Shown piece by piece: positions 1-12,115 of a stretch of DNA of 64,000 nucleotides. Source of the stretch: Histomonas meleagridis 2922-C6/04-290x (Eukaryota > Protista > Parabasalia); NCBI GenBank assembly GCA_020184695.1, contig JAANOX010000003.1:71718-135717 (forward strand), read 5' to 3'. The notes below the pieces were generated by a model. It was not told the origin of the DNA. It saw only the letters and a list, made by a program, of their open reading frames with translations, and did not search any database. The first letter of the stretch is position 1, and every line of letters starts with the position of its first letter. The position numbers and the translations under genes are program-made.

Positions 1-172
1 CAGGTTTATAGATAATTCGAGCGAAAATGGCCGAGTACGATATAAAATGTGTTCAATTTCCCAGGTTTTTGAGGTACCCTATGTAACCGAAAAAAATTTG
101 GACCCGATTCGAAATTGAGAGGGATCGCTTCAAAAAGCCTGACCCAAAAAATGACTTCATTTTTTACAAGAT

Positions 173-3100
173 ATGTCTTCAAAGCAAAACAATTCAAGAT
201 TTAAAAGCGTTGTAGAGGTATTAGTCAAGGAAAAGGTAAAGTCTAGGAAAAGTTTAATCGAATTTTTATGCAAATCACAATCAATAAGAACCGAAATTCC
301 AAGTCTTTTCAAAACACTTGCTAAAAGCGAGAAAAAATATAGGGAGGAATATATATTACTGATATGTGAGCTTTTAAGTGAGATAATTCAAACTTATACC
401 CCAGAAGAACAAGTTCAATTTGCAATCCAAATTTCACAATTTCCAAATTATGTAACACGTTATGACACGTACATGAAAATAGTTGAAGCTGTCAAAAAGA
501 TGACTCCAAAGAGTGATAGTGCTGAAGATGTTTATTACAGAATTAATGAAAAGAGTGGGCCTTTTAAAGTTATTGTAGTCGCTGCGTTAAGTGAACAACT
601 TTCAGGGCTTCAACACCGTTGCTTAAATGAGATTAGTTCCAAGTTAACATCAAATATTCCAGCACAATTTATCCTTGCTTTCTTACATATCCTTAGTTTT
701 ATTCCAGCCGAAGAGGTGTCACGCACTGACTTTTCACCTGAGAAGCTCAAAGTTACAGTTAATGATTTATTATCACGAAATACAGATTTAGATAACAAAA
801 CTGTCCTTCGTCTTCTTCTTGATCTTCATAAGATATATCCCGGTGAAGAATTCTGTGGGTTATTTACGAACAATGCAGTACAAAATCTTAAGAAATTATT
901 AGTATCGACAAGAGACTATGATTCATATTTCTTTAATCTCTTTGAAATCCTTCCATCGCAATCAAGTAATCCCGAGTTTACAGTTGCCACACAAATATCA
1001 TCATTTCTTGCACCATTGTCATCACTTGTCAAATCATATGACGATCCAATACTTGAAAAAATTTATTCATTTATACTTCCACGTAAGAGTGACAGTGTCT
1101 TTAATAACACATTTATCTTATTAACCACAAAAGCAGATACATATAGAGCATCATTAATGATTGGCATTAAGACAAGGTTATTATATGAAAATAATACGCT
1201 TTATGAGAAATGTTTTCCATCAGTTGCAAACCCAGAAACGTCAGGCATCATGTTAGATTTCATACCAAAAGCTATTGAAGAAGGGTTAATCTCGACGAAT
1301 AATATTGGAACTACTATTAAAGCAATCATTGCAGTTATTGAAAATGAGAAATTAATATATCAAACAGAAATTCAAGAGAACTTAAATAAGGCGCTTGATT
1401 TATTAATTGATAATTATCATTTAAATATCATCGAAGCATTCATTAAAGATGTAACACGAATTAATTCAATTGATGTAATTAATAAACTTGTTAAATTAAG
1501 TTTGGATCATTTCCCATCAGATGAAATTATAACAGAAAAGTTTAATCAAGTCGATTACTTTAATTTAGTTACATCATTCTCACGATTTGTTACATCGAGA
1601 CATTTTGAAGAAGATAAACAAAACAATATGTTAGAATTAATACTTAAGTTATCAAACATCTTAGTAAGTTCTACTAATGAAGTTGTACCTGATTTACCAA
1701 TTACTGTTAGTAATTATTTAACATTTTGTATTCCATCGAATGTTAATTCAGCATTTATAGGTAATGCATATAAGTTATTAGAAACAAATAAATCATTTGT
1801 AATTGTATTATCTACAATTAGTAAACCTTCTTCATCAGAGAAAAAGAAAATCGATGATGCAGTTGGTTCATTAATTAATCATATTGATCTTTATGCGATT
1901 TATTATTCTTCAAGTATCGCTTATAATTCACATTCATTTTCACAATTATTAAAGAATTCTAAAAATAATAAAAATGGAATCATTAATAAGAAATCAAGTC
2001 AATTAGCTAAATGTATCTTAGCTACAATTACTTATATACTTTATAATCTTTCATCTGGTTCATGTAAGAAGAATTTGGATAATAAAAACATATTAAAATT
2101 GATTTATCAAGCAACGCCAAAAGAAAACTTCAAAATAGTACAAGATGAAGTCTGTGAAATGGTTAATGCATTATCGAAATGTAAACAAATTGAACCAAAA
2201 GAGAAATTTGTGGTTCGCTTAATACAAAATCCAGTTTTCTTCGAATATATACCAGGTTTATTATCTAAAGTTAAACCAAAAGATGGAATATTTGCATTAG
2301 CAGTTCGTTCGTGGATAATTCGTTATATTTCTAACACTATATCGAAAGATAAATCACAACGAATTTTAGAGATGTTATTAGGCTATTTAAATAGTCCTAA
2401 AGCACTTGAAATCTTCATTGAAACTATTATGCCATTTTTACAAAAAGAAGAAAATGTAATCGAAACACTTAAATTAAGTATATTTGTATCACAATATTGT
2501 ATTGAGAATGGTATTAAATATCATTGTGATCCTACTAATTTAATATTAATTACATGTAGTCCATGTTTATCATTAAATGATGATACAAGAATTGTAGCTA
2601 CAACATTCTTTGTTACTATATTTGAGTTAAATGATTTTAGTGAATCATATAAAAGTGATCAACCAGCATCAGAAGTGAAAGTAATATTTGTTGAATTATT
2701 CCAAAAAATATTCGAAAAGATTCTCGCTCCAATATCAGTTGGAATATTTGAGAAAATCGTTGATAAGTCAGCTTATACATTATCTGATTTATTAATGATG
2801 AGAGTTATAGTATTATTATATCATGCAGAGTTATTAAAGTCGAAGAAGATGCCATTAGAGAAAATACTTTTGTTTAAGCCACAAAAATCTGATCCTGAAA
2901 ACACAGAACAAATCCATAAAATCATTTTATGTTTTGCAGAAAACCAAACAAAAGCATTTGTACGATATATTTATCAAGCGCCAATTAATGAAGTTGTTGT
3001 TAATTGTATACCTAAAATCTTCCAAAACAATAAAATCAGAGATTTGTTCTTAGAAGAAATGATATTATGTACTGCCGAAATCAAAAAAGCTTCAACGGCA

Positions 3101-4288
3101 AGTTCTGGATTTAAGATATTATTAGATTTAATACCATTAAATTTGAATGGCGACTTTAATGGAATATTAATAACATTATTATTATTATGGTATGGAATAT
3201 TATTCTATGATAAGAACATTAAAAACGAAAGTATTAACGCATCACATCTTAAAGATATATCTGTTAACTTCGGCGCAATCACACGAACTAAAAACATTAA
3301 TTTCTCTGTCGAATCATTGAACTCATTAATTACAACTGTACAATATATTGTCGAAAACATTTTATATATGGAATTCTCACAAATCGAATTATTAATTAAA
3401 AGCTTCCAAAAGGCAACAGCTGCAAGTAATGAAGCGACATTTATTATCACCGGAATTTTGTTTTTGGAATTCTTCTCTCGGTTCACTGCTTATTCGGCAC
3501 AAAACGCAAAACAATTACAAACGGAAATCATCGAAATCATTTCAGGAGCTTTCGAACATGGCCGTGGCTTAGGCCTACGAATGATATCTTGTGCATTTAA
3601 CAATCGAATTGATATAAATGGATTCTTGAAAATGCCAGAAAACACTCGTCTAATAATCTTCAAAAGTGTCAACAATTCGATACTTGAAAAGATTTCAAAT
3701 TATTTGGATGAAACTGCGAATTTGTTCTGTTGGATGTTATATCCGATTTTCGACATTTTGCCACAAGATAATATTATCAATTTTCAGACGACCATTCAAA
3801 AGATCTTTGAAAAAGTTCCACTGACCTCTGAAATTTTGAGGGCAATTTTGTTCTTGGTGAATAAGGAAATTCATATAATAGAAACTACAACGAAAAAGGC
3901 GAAGTTGTCATATGCAAACTTGTTAATATTAAGTATTAAAGGTAAGAAAGAAGAAAATGATAACTTAATATTCGATATACTGAAAAGCATCTCGAAGACT
4001 GAAGACGAATTCGGAGTAATTAATTTCATTTTGGAACAAATTAAAGGAACAAACGAACTGAAGACAATTATCGCAGAGTTCTCAAGCGGTATACAGATTG
4101 AGGCAGTGACGCCAAGAAGATATAACTATATGCTGGCTCTGTATGCCAAGAAAGCAGAGTACCACAGCGACAAGAAAGACGAGTTCAAACATTTCGTGTC
4201 AACAATGTTCAAGTTGACAATCGGTTTGTCTGGTATGCCACAGCACCCATGTCACGAACTCGCTCTTGACTCCATACTTAAATTGTAA
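173..4288 (+). CDS. large hypothetical protein, probably alpha-solenoid (HEAT/ARM-like)
   Basis: 1371-aa uninterrupted ORF, L/I/F-rich and helical in composition; no specific family motif recognised. Confidence 0.8.
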   Translation: MSSKQNNSRFKSVVEVLVKEKVKSRKSLIEFLCKSQSIRTEIPSLFKTLAKSEKKYREEYILLICELLSEIIQTYTPEEQVQFAIQISQFPNYVTRYDTYMKIVEAVKKMTPKSDSAEDVYYRINEKSGPFKVIVVAALSEQLSGLQHRCLNEISSKLTSNIPAQFILAFLHILSFIPAEEVSRTDFSPEKLKVTVNDLLSRNTDLDNKTVLRLLLDLHKIYPGEEFCGLFTNNAVQNLKKLLVSTRDYDSYFFNLFEILPSQSSNPEFTVATQISSFLAPLSSLVKSYDDPILEKIYSFILPRKSDSVFNNTFILLTTKADTYRASLMIGIKTRLLYENNTLYEKCFPSVANPETSGIMLDFIPKAIEEGLISTNNIGTTIKAIIAVIENEKLIYQTEIQENLNKALDLLIDNYHLNIIEAFIKDVTRINSIDVINKLVKLSLDHFPSDEIITEKFNQVDYFNLVTSFSRFVTSRHFEEDKQNNMLELILKLSNILVSSTNEVVPDLPITVSNYLTFCIPSNVNSAFIGNAYKLLETNKSFVIVLSTISKPSSSEKKKIDDAVGSLINHIDLYAIYYSSSIAYNSHSFSQLLKNSKNNKNGIINKKSSQLAKCILATITYILYNLSSGSCKKNLDNKNILKLIYQATPKENFKIVQDEVCEMVNALSKCKQIEPKEKFVVRLIQNPVFFEYIPGLLSKVKPKDGIFALAVRSWIIRYISNTISKDKSQRILEMLLGYLNSPKALEIFIETIMPFLQKEENVIETLKLSIFVSQYCIENGIKYHCDPTNLILITCSPCLSLNDDTRIVATTFFVTIFELNDFSESYKSDQPASEVKVIFVELFQKIFEKILAPISVGIFEKIVDKSAYTLSDLLMMRVIVLLYHAELLKSKKMPLEKILLFKPQKSDPENTEQIHKIILCFAENQTKAFVRYIYQAPINEVVVNCIPKIFQNNKIRDLFLEEMILCTAEIKKASTASSGFKILLDLIPLNLNGDFNGILITLLLLWYGILFYDKNIKNESINASHLKDISVNFGAITRTKNINFSVESLNSLITTVQYIVENILYMEFSQIELLIKSFQKATAASNEATFIITGILFLEFFSRFTAYSAQNAKQLQTEIIEIISGAFEHGRGLGLRMISCAFNNRIDINGFLKMPENTRLIIFKSVNNSILEKISNYLDETANLFCWMLYPIFDILPQDNIINFQTTIQKIFEKVPLTSEILRAILFLVNKEIHIIETTTKKAKLSYANLLILSIKGKKEENDNLIFDILKSISKTEDEFGVINFILEQIKGTNELKTIIAEFSSGIQIEAVTPRRYNYMLALYAKKAEYHSDKKDEFKHFVSTMFKLTIGLSGMPQHPCHELALDSILKL

Positions 4289-4711
4289 AAAATAAATAAA
4301 AAAAAATTAATTTTAAAATATTTCGATTTTGTACAAAATTTGTGGTTTTCATATTGGAAAAAATGGAACAAAATGTGCAGTGGGCGCACCAACGTTTGGA
4401 TTAAATAAGATCTGTTTATGATTAAAAACAATACAAATTCGTTTGTGCAAATAGTCAGATTTAGAATGAACATAAATAAAGAATTAAGCCGTTGTCTTTT
4501 ATTTAGAATTGTGATAAGAAACCAGATTTAGATGTGGCATTAGTCATATATCACGCCATAGATGATTGATATTACATCATTTTCAACAAGTGATAACAAA
4601 ATATTTTATTTTCATGATATGTAAATTAAAATTTTTTAGGTTTGTTTGTTTCGAAATTTTTTAAGTGGGGTCAATAATGGAAATACTTAAATGTGGGATA
4701 CTCTCAATAGA

Positions 4712-5945
4712 TTATTTTTCTTTGTGAAGAAAATCTTTTTCTTTTTTAGTTTTTCTGTATAAACAAAACAACAGGATGAAAACAATTATTATAATACCAA
4801 GTATTGTACAAAATATGATTGGTAAAATCAAGCCAATATTGTCATTTTGTACATTACATTTTCTTTTTAAATGATCAGTAAGTTCGATATTAATACCTTT
4901 CCAATAATTTTCACTACAATTTGTTCCTTTACAATCATATTTATAATTACTCTTACTATAATAGTCTAAACAAAGACTAATGTTATCTATTGTTGTAGTT
5001 GAAAAAATATTTTCATTAAATGTGATTGGTGATGACATTGATAACATAAGATATTTTAAACTTTTACAATTCTCAAATATTTTTGTTGCGTTTTCAGATA
5101 CTTCTCGTAAAAATATTAAAGATAATTTTCCTAAGTTTGTACATCCTGAAAAATGTCCATCTCCGTCAAATTTAGAAACAGGTAAATCAAGACTTTTTAA
5201 TCCTGTACAATTCATAAAACAATATGCTGGAAGTGTGGTAACTTGAGGAAAACTAACTTCAATCAAACTAATACAACCCGTAAACATAAAATTGACAAGA
5301 CGCGTTGTTATATCTAAACTAAGTGATCTTAATGATGTACAATTTAAAAATGTAAATCTACCATAGAATTCAATTATTAATGCAAATTCAAAACCTGAAT
5401 CAGATTCATTCATCGATTTGAATTTTGGCATATTAATATTTCGTAAATTTCGGCAGTTATGAAACAAATAACTTTTCGTGGTTTCCAAATTTTGTAATGA
5501 TACATTTTCAAGACTTTGAATATTCCTAAATAAACCTCTTGGTGAATTTACAAGAGAATTATTTTTAGTGAATTACAATTTTTTGCGATTGGTCCTTGCG
5601 TTTTTGGAGTTACACTAACAAAATTAATTTTTGATAAGAATATTTATGTTTTGTTAAATATAACAATATAATGTTAATATTAAGAAAATAAAAGTAATAT
5701 TAAATATTAAGCTGCAAAGGAAATATAAAAATTATTTTTTAGTTTCAAGATATCTTTATTTGAAAAGAAGATTTGTCTCTGGTCAACATTTACTCAATTC
5801 CTGAATCCGAACACACATTGTCAATTGTTGGGCCATTTCCTTTCTTGTCTAAAAAAAGTATGTTTTAATGCTCTGATGAATCCAATCCAGCTCATCTGAC
5901 AATGAGGATTTGATTACCTGAGCACCTTTACTAAAATCTAACACA
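4712..5945 (-). pseudogene. BspA-like (LRR_5) surface protein with C-terminal TM; 5' part disrupted by frameshifts/stops
   Basis: ORF 4712-5488 has LRR_5-type units (FMFTGCISL, YCFMNCTGL, HFSGCTNL) and TM LILPIIFCTILGIIIIVFILLFCLY followed by RKTKK. Coding-like fragments continue upstream in other frames (NNSLVNSPRGLFRNIQSLENV; DFSKGAQVIKSS near 5930). Confidence 0.6.
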
Positions 5946-6496
5946 TAGAATTATAAAAAAAAATTAATTTTTATTTGCTAGAAGTTATAATTTTAATCAT
6001 CGGACTTTCTCAATAAACAACTGTTGAACACGATCATATCTTTGTTTGTTTTGTTTTATTTTTATAGATTTAATAAATCAAATTAATTTTTTCAATAAAT
6101 CAAATTTTCTGAGTTTAATTAAAACAAGCGATACAACTTCTCTCTTCTTCATCTCTTTGAGCTTTGCTTAATTTTTTTTAAAACCAATTTTTATAAAAAT
6201 TACTTTAATTAAAAAATAACACTCTATATTTGTATAGCCAAAGCCAACCAAACAATGACCAAAAAACATGTTTTATTTATAAAAATGGTTTGAAAGAGCG
6301 CTTTAAAGAAATTAATGTGATGATCATTTTTTCTTTCCTTTTCTGTGGAACTCCATAAAGTGAAGGAATAACAAAAACAAGAAATGGAGCAAAAAAGATG
6401 TCAAAAGAAATACCAAGAAAAACTCGATTTTCGTCATAGTAGCAATAAATCTGTGTTTGATTAACTTAACGTTCATTCAAAATACGTTAAAAACCA

Positions 6497-7945
6497 ATGG
6501 AAGAAAATAAAAACAATGAAACAACATCAAAGAAGAGCCTATTTTCTATCCAAGTTGATGACGTTATCATGCAACGTATATTCAAAACATTGGAGGATGA
6601 AATAAAAAATTTAACAAAAGAATTATCAGAAGTTAAGTCAGAATTAAAACAGTTTGCAACAAAACAAGATGTTAGCTATCTCTCTGAAAGAGTAGTAGAT
6701 CTTCAAATTAAAACAGATGAATATTCAACAAAAGTCAATGAAAACATAACAACATTATCCGAAGAATTCACAAAATCGCTTAAAGAGACAAAGCAAAACT
6801 TCGACGACCAACTATCGGATGCTATTTTTTCTGTGAATAATGCAGTTCGAGCCCAAAACTCCTTAATTGAAGAAAAGATCTTTTTTATTTCTCAACCATC
6901 AATTGAATTTGGAGCAATAAAATCCGATGTTTCTCAACTTAAGAAAGATAACCTAGAGCTTAAATCACAAAATGAGAAGATACAAAATTTTTTTTTCTCA
7001 TTTGTAAAAGACATGAATATTGAATCAGGATCTCAATATACACTTCCTTCAGTTATACAATATGCCACCAAAGAAGATCATGAACAAATCGCTAAATTAA
7101 GTACTGCATATGATGAATTTGAATCTAAAATTAAATCATTTTCACAAAGAATTGATATGTTAATTGGTCCTGAAGTAAAAAAGCTTCCTGAATATGGTAA
7201 AGCTAATCGATATCCATCAAGTGAAAAACCTAAAATACCAACACTTCCATCACCGAAATCATTTTTTGATTATTTTGAATATCTGATGAAACTTGCACCT
7301 TCCATCCAAAAAGTTTTTAATTGTTTTTATAGACAAATAAACAAAATCAATGAAAAGATGAACGATGAAAGTGAAAGGATATCTCAATTTAAACAAATAG
7401 ATCAAGCAATAAATAAAATGTATTCAATAAAAGACGAATTTGATAAAAAATTGGATGAAGCAATTAATCAAAATCAACTAAAAGAAATTTCTAAAAAGGT
7501 TAATAATATGGAAGACAAATTTGTTGAAAAATCTTTATTCAATGAAATTAGATCTATTGTCGATGAATTGCCCTCAAAATATGCTACAAGAGAAGAATTA
7601 GATGAGGTAACAAATGATTTTCATGCTTCATTAAATAATATAATTAATAATTATGATCAAAAATTTGAATCACTTTCATATAAAAATGATTCTTTACCCG
7701 CAATTGCAGCTGTTTCTCCAAGAGGCAAAGCTTCGTTTAATATGATATATGGTGGATATGATACATCTCCTAGAGATGGGCCTAAAATAATTAGAGTTTC
7801 TAAAAATAAAATAAAAAAAGAAGAAATTGAAGAAGTAGGAAAATCACCTAGAAGAACTCCTCGAAATCCAACAAGGGTTCAACTTGGTGAAGATCAATAT
7901 TCATTACAGAAACAACCAATTCATGGGGTTTCAAGAATTATATGA
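6497..7945 (+). CDS. coiled-coil hypothetical protein
   Basis: 482-aa ORF, heptad-rich E/K/Q/L composition, SPR-rich basic tail. Confidence 0.8.
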   Translation: MEENKNNETTSKKSLFSIQVDDVIMQRIFKTLEDEIKNLTKELSEVKSELKQFATKQDVSYLSERVVDLQIKTDEYSTKVNENITTLSEEFTKSLKETKQNFDDQLSDAIFSVNNAVRAQNSLIEEKIFFISQPSIEFGAIKSDVSQLKKDNLELKSQNEKIQNFFFSFVKDMNIESGSQYTLPSVIQYATKEDHEQIAKLSTAYDEFESKIKSFSQRIDMLIGPEVKKLPEYGKANRYPSSEKPKIPTLPSPKSFFDYFEYLMKLAPSIQKVFNCFYRQINKINEKMNDESERISQFKQIDQAINKMYSIKDEFDKKLDEAINQNQLKEISKKVNNMEDKFVEKSLFNEIRSIVDELPSKYATREELDEVTNDFHASLNNIINNYDQKFESLSYKNDSLPAIAAVSPRGKASFNMIYGGYDTSPRDGPKIIRVSKNKIKKEEIEEVGKSPRRTPRNPTRVQLGEDQYSLQKQPIHGVSRII

Positions 7946-8015
7946 TTTTTATTGTTAAAACTTATTAGATTTGTTTTTTTTATAATTTTTTTTTTTAAAA
8001 TTGCATCGTTATATA

Positions 8016-8023
8016 AACCGTTA
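8016..8023 (+). promoter_or_regulatory. M3-like (Myb-type) trichomonad core promoter motif AACCGTTA
   Basis: Matches trichomonad M3 consensus (A/G/T)(A/G)C(G/C)G(T/C)T(T/A/G), 12 nt upstream of the ATG at 8035; similar motifs lie upstream of several other genes here. Confidence 0.55.
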
Positions 8024-8034
8024 AAAGTCAACAA

Positions 8035-10317
8035 ATGAAATCAAGCCAACAGGATTTCATAGAAGGACCAATTTTCAAAACATATTTCCCACACCTTCAC
8101 GAACTCCAACTTGGCGGGACATTTACAATATTTATTAAAGAACATTCAGCTGATGAAAATCGTGGCATCCAACCAGCAACTACAAGTTTCATTTGTTCTC
8201 TTTTTGGTCCATTTTTATCAGCAACTCTTCAGCGTTCAAGCAATTATGGAAAACATCCATTTTTTCATAATTATCATTTATTTCTTCCTCACTTTATGGC
8301 AGCTACTACTAAAGGAAATATTTCAATCCACCTTGTACCAATTCATCCTGATGTAATGATTGAAATTGTAATTACTTTTGCATCAATTCCACAATGTTTA
8401 GAATGGTATAATGCAATAAAAAAAATTGAAAAAATAATAAATGACTTATCCCATGTCCCAAACAAAGTAGCACTTCCAGTTAAATGTATTAAGTATAAAA
8501 TGAGAAAGATTACACAAAAAAATATGGAAATTGTTATCCAAGGATTAAATTCCAAAATCATTTTTGATGATCCTGAAAAAGGTACTGATTCTCGCAAGTC
8601 TATTCCTCTTAATTATAAGACTTCAGCTCTAATTCCATACAATCATTGTGATTTTCTTCTCGAAGATTATTTTGTATCATTTTACATTAAAAACCATTCA
8701 AAGCCCATTAAGTTCATTGTCTTTGAATCTAAAGATATGTTATATGCATTTTTTACCATTATTCATGTTATTATTTATCAACAGATATTAAACCACAGAA
8801 AATCATCTAAACCAATATACTTTTTTGCTAAGCCCATTCCTCAGCCAAACAAAGATCTTGTTTTTTCTGATATTGTTTTCACTAGTTTAAATAATCATAA
8901 CTTCCAATCACAAGTTGAATACAAATGCACAGCTGATCCATACCTTTTTTCTAAATACCCTGTTGTTCCATCTAAAGCTTCAAAAGATCTTCAACTTCTT
9001 TCGTTTGAACATGAAATCCAACGGCGGTTAATAATCGTCAAACCACCCCAAACAAACGGTCGCGCTCCAATTCAAAGAACATCACAATCAAATTTTCAAC
9101 ATTTTTCATCATCATCTTTTGAAGATCAAATGTCACTTCTTCGTTCCAATTATCCAGATAATATTCCTCAATATAATTTAAAGCCATCTAGCAAACTTCC
9201 ATTTCATATCTTTTCCAAATTTGATTCATTAATTTTAATGAAATCATCGAATGAAATCTTAAAATCTTTTTTTTCTCGATCAGAGATACGACCAGAGATA
9301 CGACAAATCTGTAATATGTTAAATTATCCATGTCCTCCAATTGTTGAGCATGCGATAGGTGAACAAATGATATTTCAAATCACATCTTCGATATCAGATT
9401 TACCGAATTCATTTCAAATGAATGATCCTAATTATATTCGTTTATGTTCATTAATTTCATCATTATTCTTTGAGTATAATTCCAATGATTCAGTTGTACC
9501 AATCATTAAACAATTAATCGAAAACAACAATGAATTAAATGATTTGTTTCCAATGGGATTAACAGCATTTCAATCAGTTACGTTATTTATCTCGCGACTT
9601 TTTTTTAAGAATCGTTTTAAAGATTTTTATAATTTAATCCTTGCGAACTTTGAATGGAGAAACAAAAACTTTAAATCATTTTCATGGATTTGTGATGTAT
9701 CATTTCTTGAGTTACTTTATTCAGCAATCATTCCAATTAATCAAAAGACATTTATTAAAGGAAGTTTCAACATATCATTGATACCTGAGAAGCCGATTTT
9801 TATTGAGCGCAAAGATACTATCATTCATAGCATCGTTAAAACTATACAAACACAAGTTCGACAAGGAACTAGTAATAATGTATTAAATGAAATGATTGCG
9901 CGCATTATAATAATACTCTGCGATTTGTTCTCTGATGGTTTCATTGCACCTAAAACAGCAATTTTGCCGCAGCTAAGAAATGGTTGGTATTGTTTATGCG
10001 TTGCAAGTAAATTGCAAATACAATCGCCTGAAATAGTAGCACTAAAAAGAGCTGTCGACGAGGCGATAATGAGCGATAGAGAGAACCCACGAGAGCTAAT
10101 GATGATGGCACTGAACATGGGATTCAAGTGCGGAATGGTGGCGCCGTGGATAATTTATATGGCGGTGGCGGCAAAGGAGAACGAATTATATGAAAAAGAT
10201 GCGGATTTGATGAACGATCAATTGGTGACTTCGGTGGCCGACTCATTGTATTATATATCGAATTTGTTGGTGGAAATGACGAATGAGGAATTGTTTGAAA
10301 TTGTAAAAAACTTTTAG
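8035..10317 (+). CDS. hypothetical protein with two RUN-like domains in the C-terminal half
   Basis: 760-aa ORF; C-terminal blocks IIIILCDLFSDGF / GWYCL / MMMALNMG..VAPWI / LYEKDADL..SLYYISNLLV follow RUN block order; a second weaker copy starts at LCSLISSLFF. Confidence 0.6.
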   Translation: MKSSQQDFIEGPIFKTYFPHLHELQLGGTFTIFIKEHSADENRGIQPATTSFICSLFGPFLSATLQRSSNYGKHPFFHNYHLFLPHFMAATTKGNISIHLVPIHPDVMIEIVITFASIPQCLEWYNAIKKIEKIINDLSHVPNKVALPVKCIKYKMRKITQKNMEIVIQGLNSKIIFDDPEKGTDSRKSIPLNYKTSALIPYNHCDFLLEDYFVSFYIKNHSKPIKFIVFESKDMLYAFFTIIHVIIYQQILNHRKSSKPIYFFAKPIPQPNKDLVFSDIVFTSLNNHNFQSQVEYKCTADPYLFSKYPVVPSKASKDLQLLSFEHEIQRRLIIVKPPQTNGRAPIQRTSQSNFQHFSSSSFEDQMSLLRSNYPDNIPQYNLKPSSKLPFHIFSKFDSLILMKSSNEILKSFFSRSEIRPEIRQICNMLNYPCPPIVEHAIGEQMIFQITSSISDLPNSFQMNDPNYIRLCSLISSLFFEYNSNDSVVPIIKQLIENNNELNDLFPMGLTAFQSVTLFISRLFFKNRFKDFYNLILANFEWRNKNFKSFSWICDVSFLELLYSAIIPINQKTFIKGSFNISLIPEKPIFIERKDTIIHSIVKTIQTQVRQGTSNNVLNEMIARIIIILCDLFSDGFIAPKTAILPQLRNGWYCLCVASKLQIQSPEIVALKRAVDEAIMSDRENPRELMMMALNMGFKCGMVAPWIIYMAVAAKENELYEKDADLMNDQLVTSVADSLYYISNLLVEMTNEELFEIVKNF

Positions 10318-10400
10318 AAATAAATAAATTATTTTGTGTTTTTATATGTAGTTTTAAACAAAATGTTAATGATTTTTATGAATAAAATATTCACAAATAT

Positions 10401-10705
10401 AGACTGCAGTGAAAAACTTGTAGACCGACACCTTAATATAATCCATGTTTTCATTGTAGCATTATTCATAGACAATATATTTAGTAATATATATGCTAAA
10501 TAAATTTTCTTCAATTTAACTTTGTTATTTTCGTAATATTCCTATTTTTTACTCATTTTACTATGGATGGAGGAAACACAAAAAAAAATTTCACGATTTT
10601 CTTTACATATTTCAATTAATTCATATTTTTGGGACGGAATATATGTTAAAATTTATGATTTATCTAAAATTTTGATGTCGATCTACAAGTTTATCACTGT
10701 AGTCT
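10401..10705. repeat. 30-bp inverted repeat pair (10401-10430 / 10676-10705), MITE-like or foldback
   Basis: AGACTGCAGTGAAAAACTTGTAGACCGACA vs TGTCGATCTACAAGTTTATCACTGTAGTCT: 3 mismatches when reverse-complemented; no TSD seen. Confidence 0.6.
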
Positions 10706-10904
10706 TTTAAGATTGACATTATGTGAAACATCCAATCAAATAACACCTTTTCATGATTACCTATTAGACAAGCACAAAAAAAGACACCAAATATTCATAT
10801 TCATAGTGATATAACTGTACGAAAATTATATTAAATATTTTAATAGAAAACAATTTATATGCACAACGGAAATGATTATTACGTGAGAAAAATATTTATT
10901 TCGT

Positions 10905-12080
10905 TTATTTTGCATAAATTGGTTGGCCTTTGGCATTGATAGCCTCTGTTCCATTTTCTTTATATTCCTTATTCGACACTATAAAATTATTAAAACTTGT
11001 ACACGAACCCATAATCGAGCCTCCGATCCAAACAGATTCGACTTGGTCTTTATCAGCCTTTACATTAATTTTCATTTTATTGTTTGTTAACTTCAGAAGT
11101 TCATTTTCGATTCTTTTTGCGAAACCTTTTAATTGCATTGAACCTCCGGAAAGAATTACATTATAGTATAGATGCTGTGGGATATTACCTTCGCATGTAC
11201 TAATTGAATCATAAATTGTTTGTGAAATTCCGTCAATTTCGAACCCATTAACATATGGCGTAAATAAAAGTTCACCGCATTCATACATTTCTTTTCCAAT
11301 TGTAATCTCTTTTCCATTATCAAATCGATGCGTAATGTTTTCGACAGCAGATTTCGAAGTGTCATCAGTTGATACATAGCAATATTTCTCTTTGATTTCA
11401 TTAAGTTCAAGATATTCATTGATTGTTTGGAATCCGGGAGAATGTTTGTTGAGAAGCTTTCGAAGATAACATGTGACATCGCGCCCTCCTAAGTCAAGTT
11501 TCTTTGCGCCTGAAGTTAAAACGTAGCCATTATGTAATGGAAGAACACTTGTGATCGAATCACCACATAAAACTGTTACACATGATGTACGACCATTTGC
11601 ATTGTATGCAAGAAAGTTCGAATTAAGAACAGAAAAGTTTGGAACATTAAATTTCTCATACATGATTTGGCAAAAATACTCACGACTTTTCCTGCTGTAT
11701 GACTTAGACCTGAACATTGGTTCGGAAAATAGAAAGTTGTAGTCAGAGATTTTGACATCATGGAAAAGTACTTTCAAAATATAGTCAAGATATTTTTCCA
11801 TATCATTCCAGTTTGTAACAACACCACGTTGAACAGGAGACCAAAGATCAAGAAGGCCTGAGTTATAAATTGCTTCATCGCCAACATAGATATCTCTCAT
11901 CTTGACAACTTGATACAATAATACTTTTGGATTTTCTTTCGTATCACCAAGGATTGTGGGGACAATATGCTTTGGGGCTTCTTCTCCAGCAAAACCTACA
12001 CGAGTATTTGCTGAACCAATATCAACCACAATGGTTTTGTCTTCCTCCATTGCACAAGGTGGAAAGCTTTTTGAATACAT
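10905..12080 (-). CDS. actin-related protein / divergent actin
   Basis: IVVDIGSANTRVGFAGEEAP, GDSITSVLPLHNGY, VILSGGS, VWIGGSI actin-fold motifs. Confidence 0.92.
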   Translation of the reverse strand: MYSKSFPPCAMEEDKTIVVDIGSANTRVGFAGEEAPKHIVPTILGDTKENPKVLLYQVVKMRDIYVGDEAIYNSGLLDLWSPVQRGVVTNWNDMEKYLDYILKVLFHDVKISDYNFLFSEPMFRSKSYSRKSREYFCQIMYEKFNVPNFSVLNSNFLAYNANGRTSCVTVLCGDSITSVLPLHNGYVLTSGAKKLDLGGRDVTCYLRKLLNKHSPGFQTINEYLELNEIKEKYCYVSTDDTSKSAVENITHRFDNGKEITIGKEMYECGELLFTPYVNGFEIDGISQTIYDSISTCEGNIPQHLYYNVILSGGSMQLKGFAKRIENELLKLTNNKMKINVKADKDQVESVWIGGSIMGSCTSFNNFIVSNKEYKENGTEAINAKGQPIYAK

Positions 12081-12115
12081 TCAAATTTCAAATTGTATCG
12101 CAAAAAAGGAACGGA

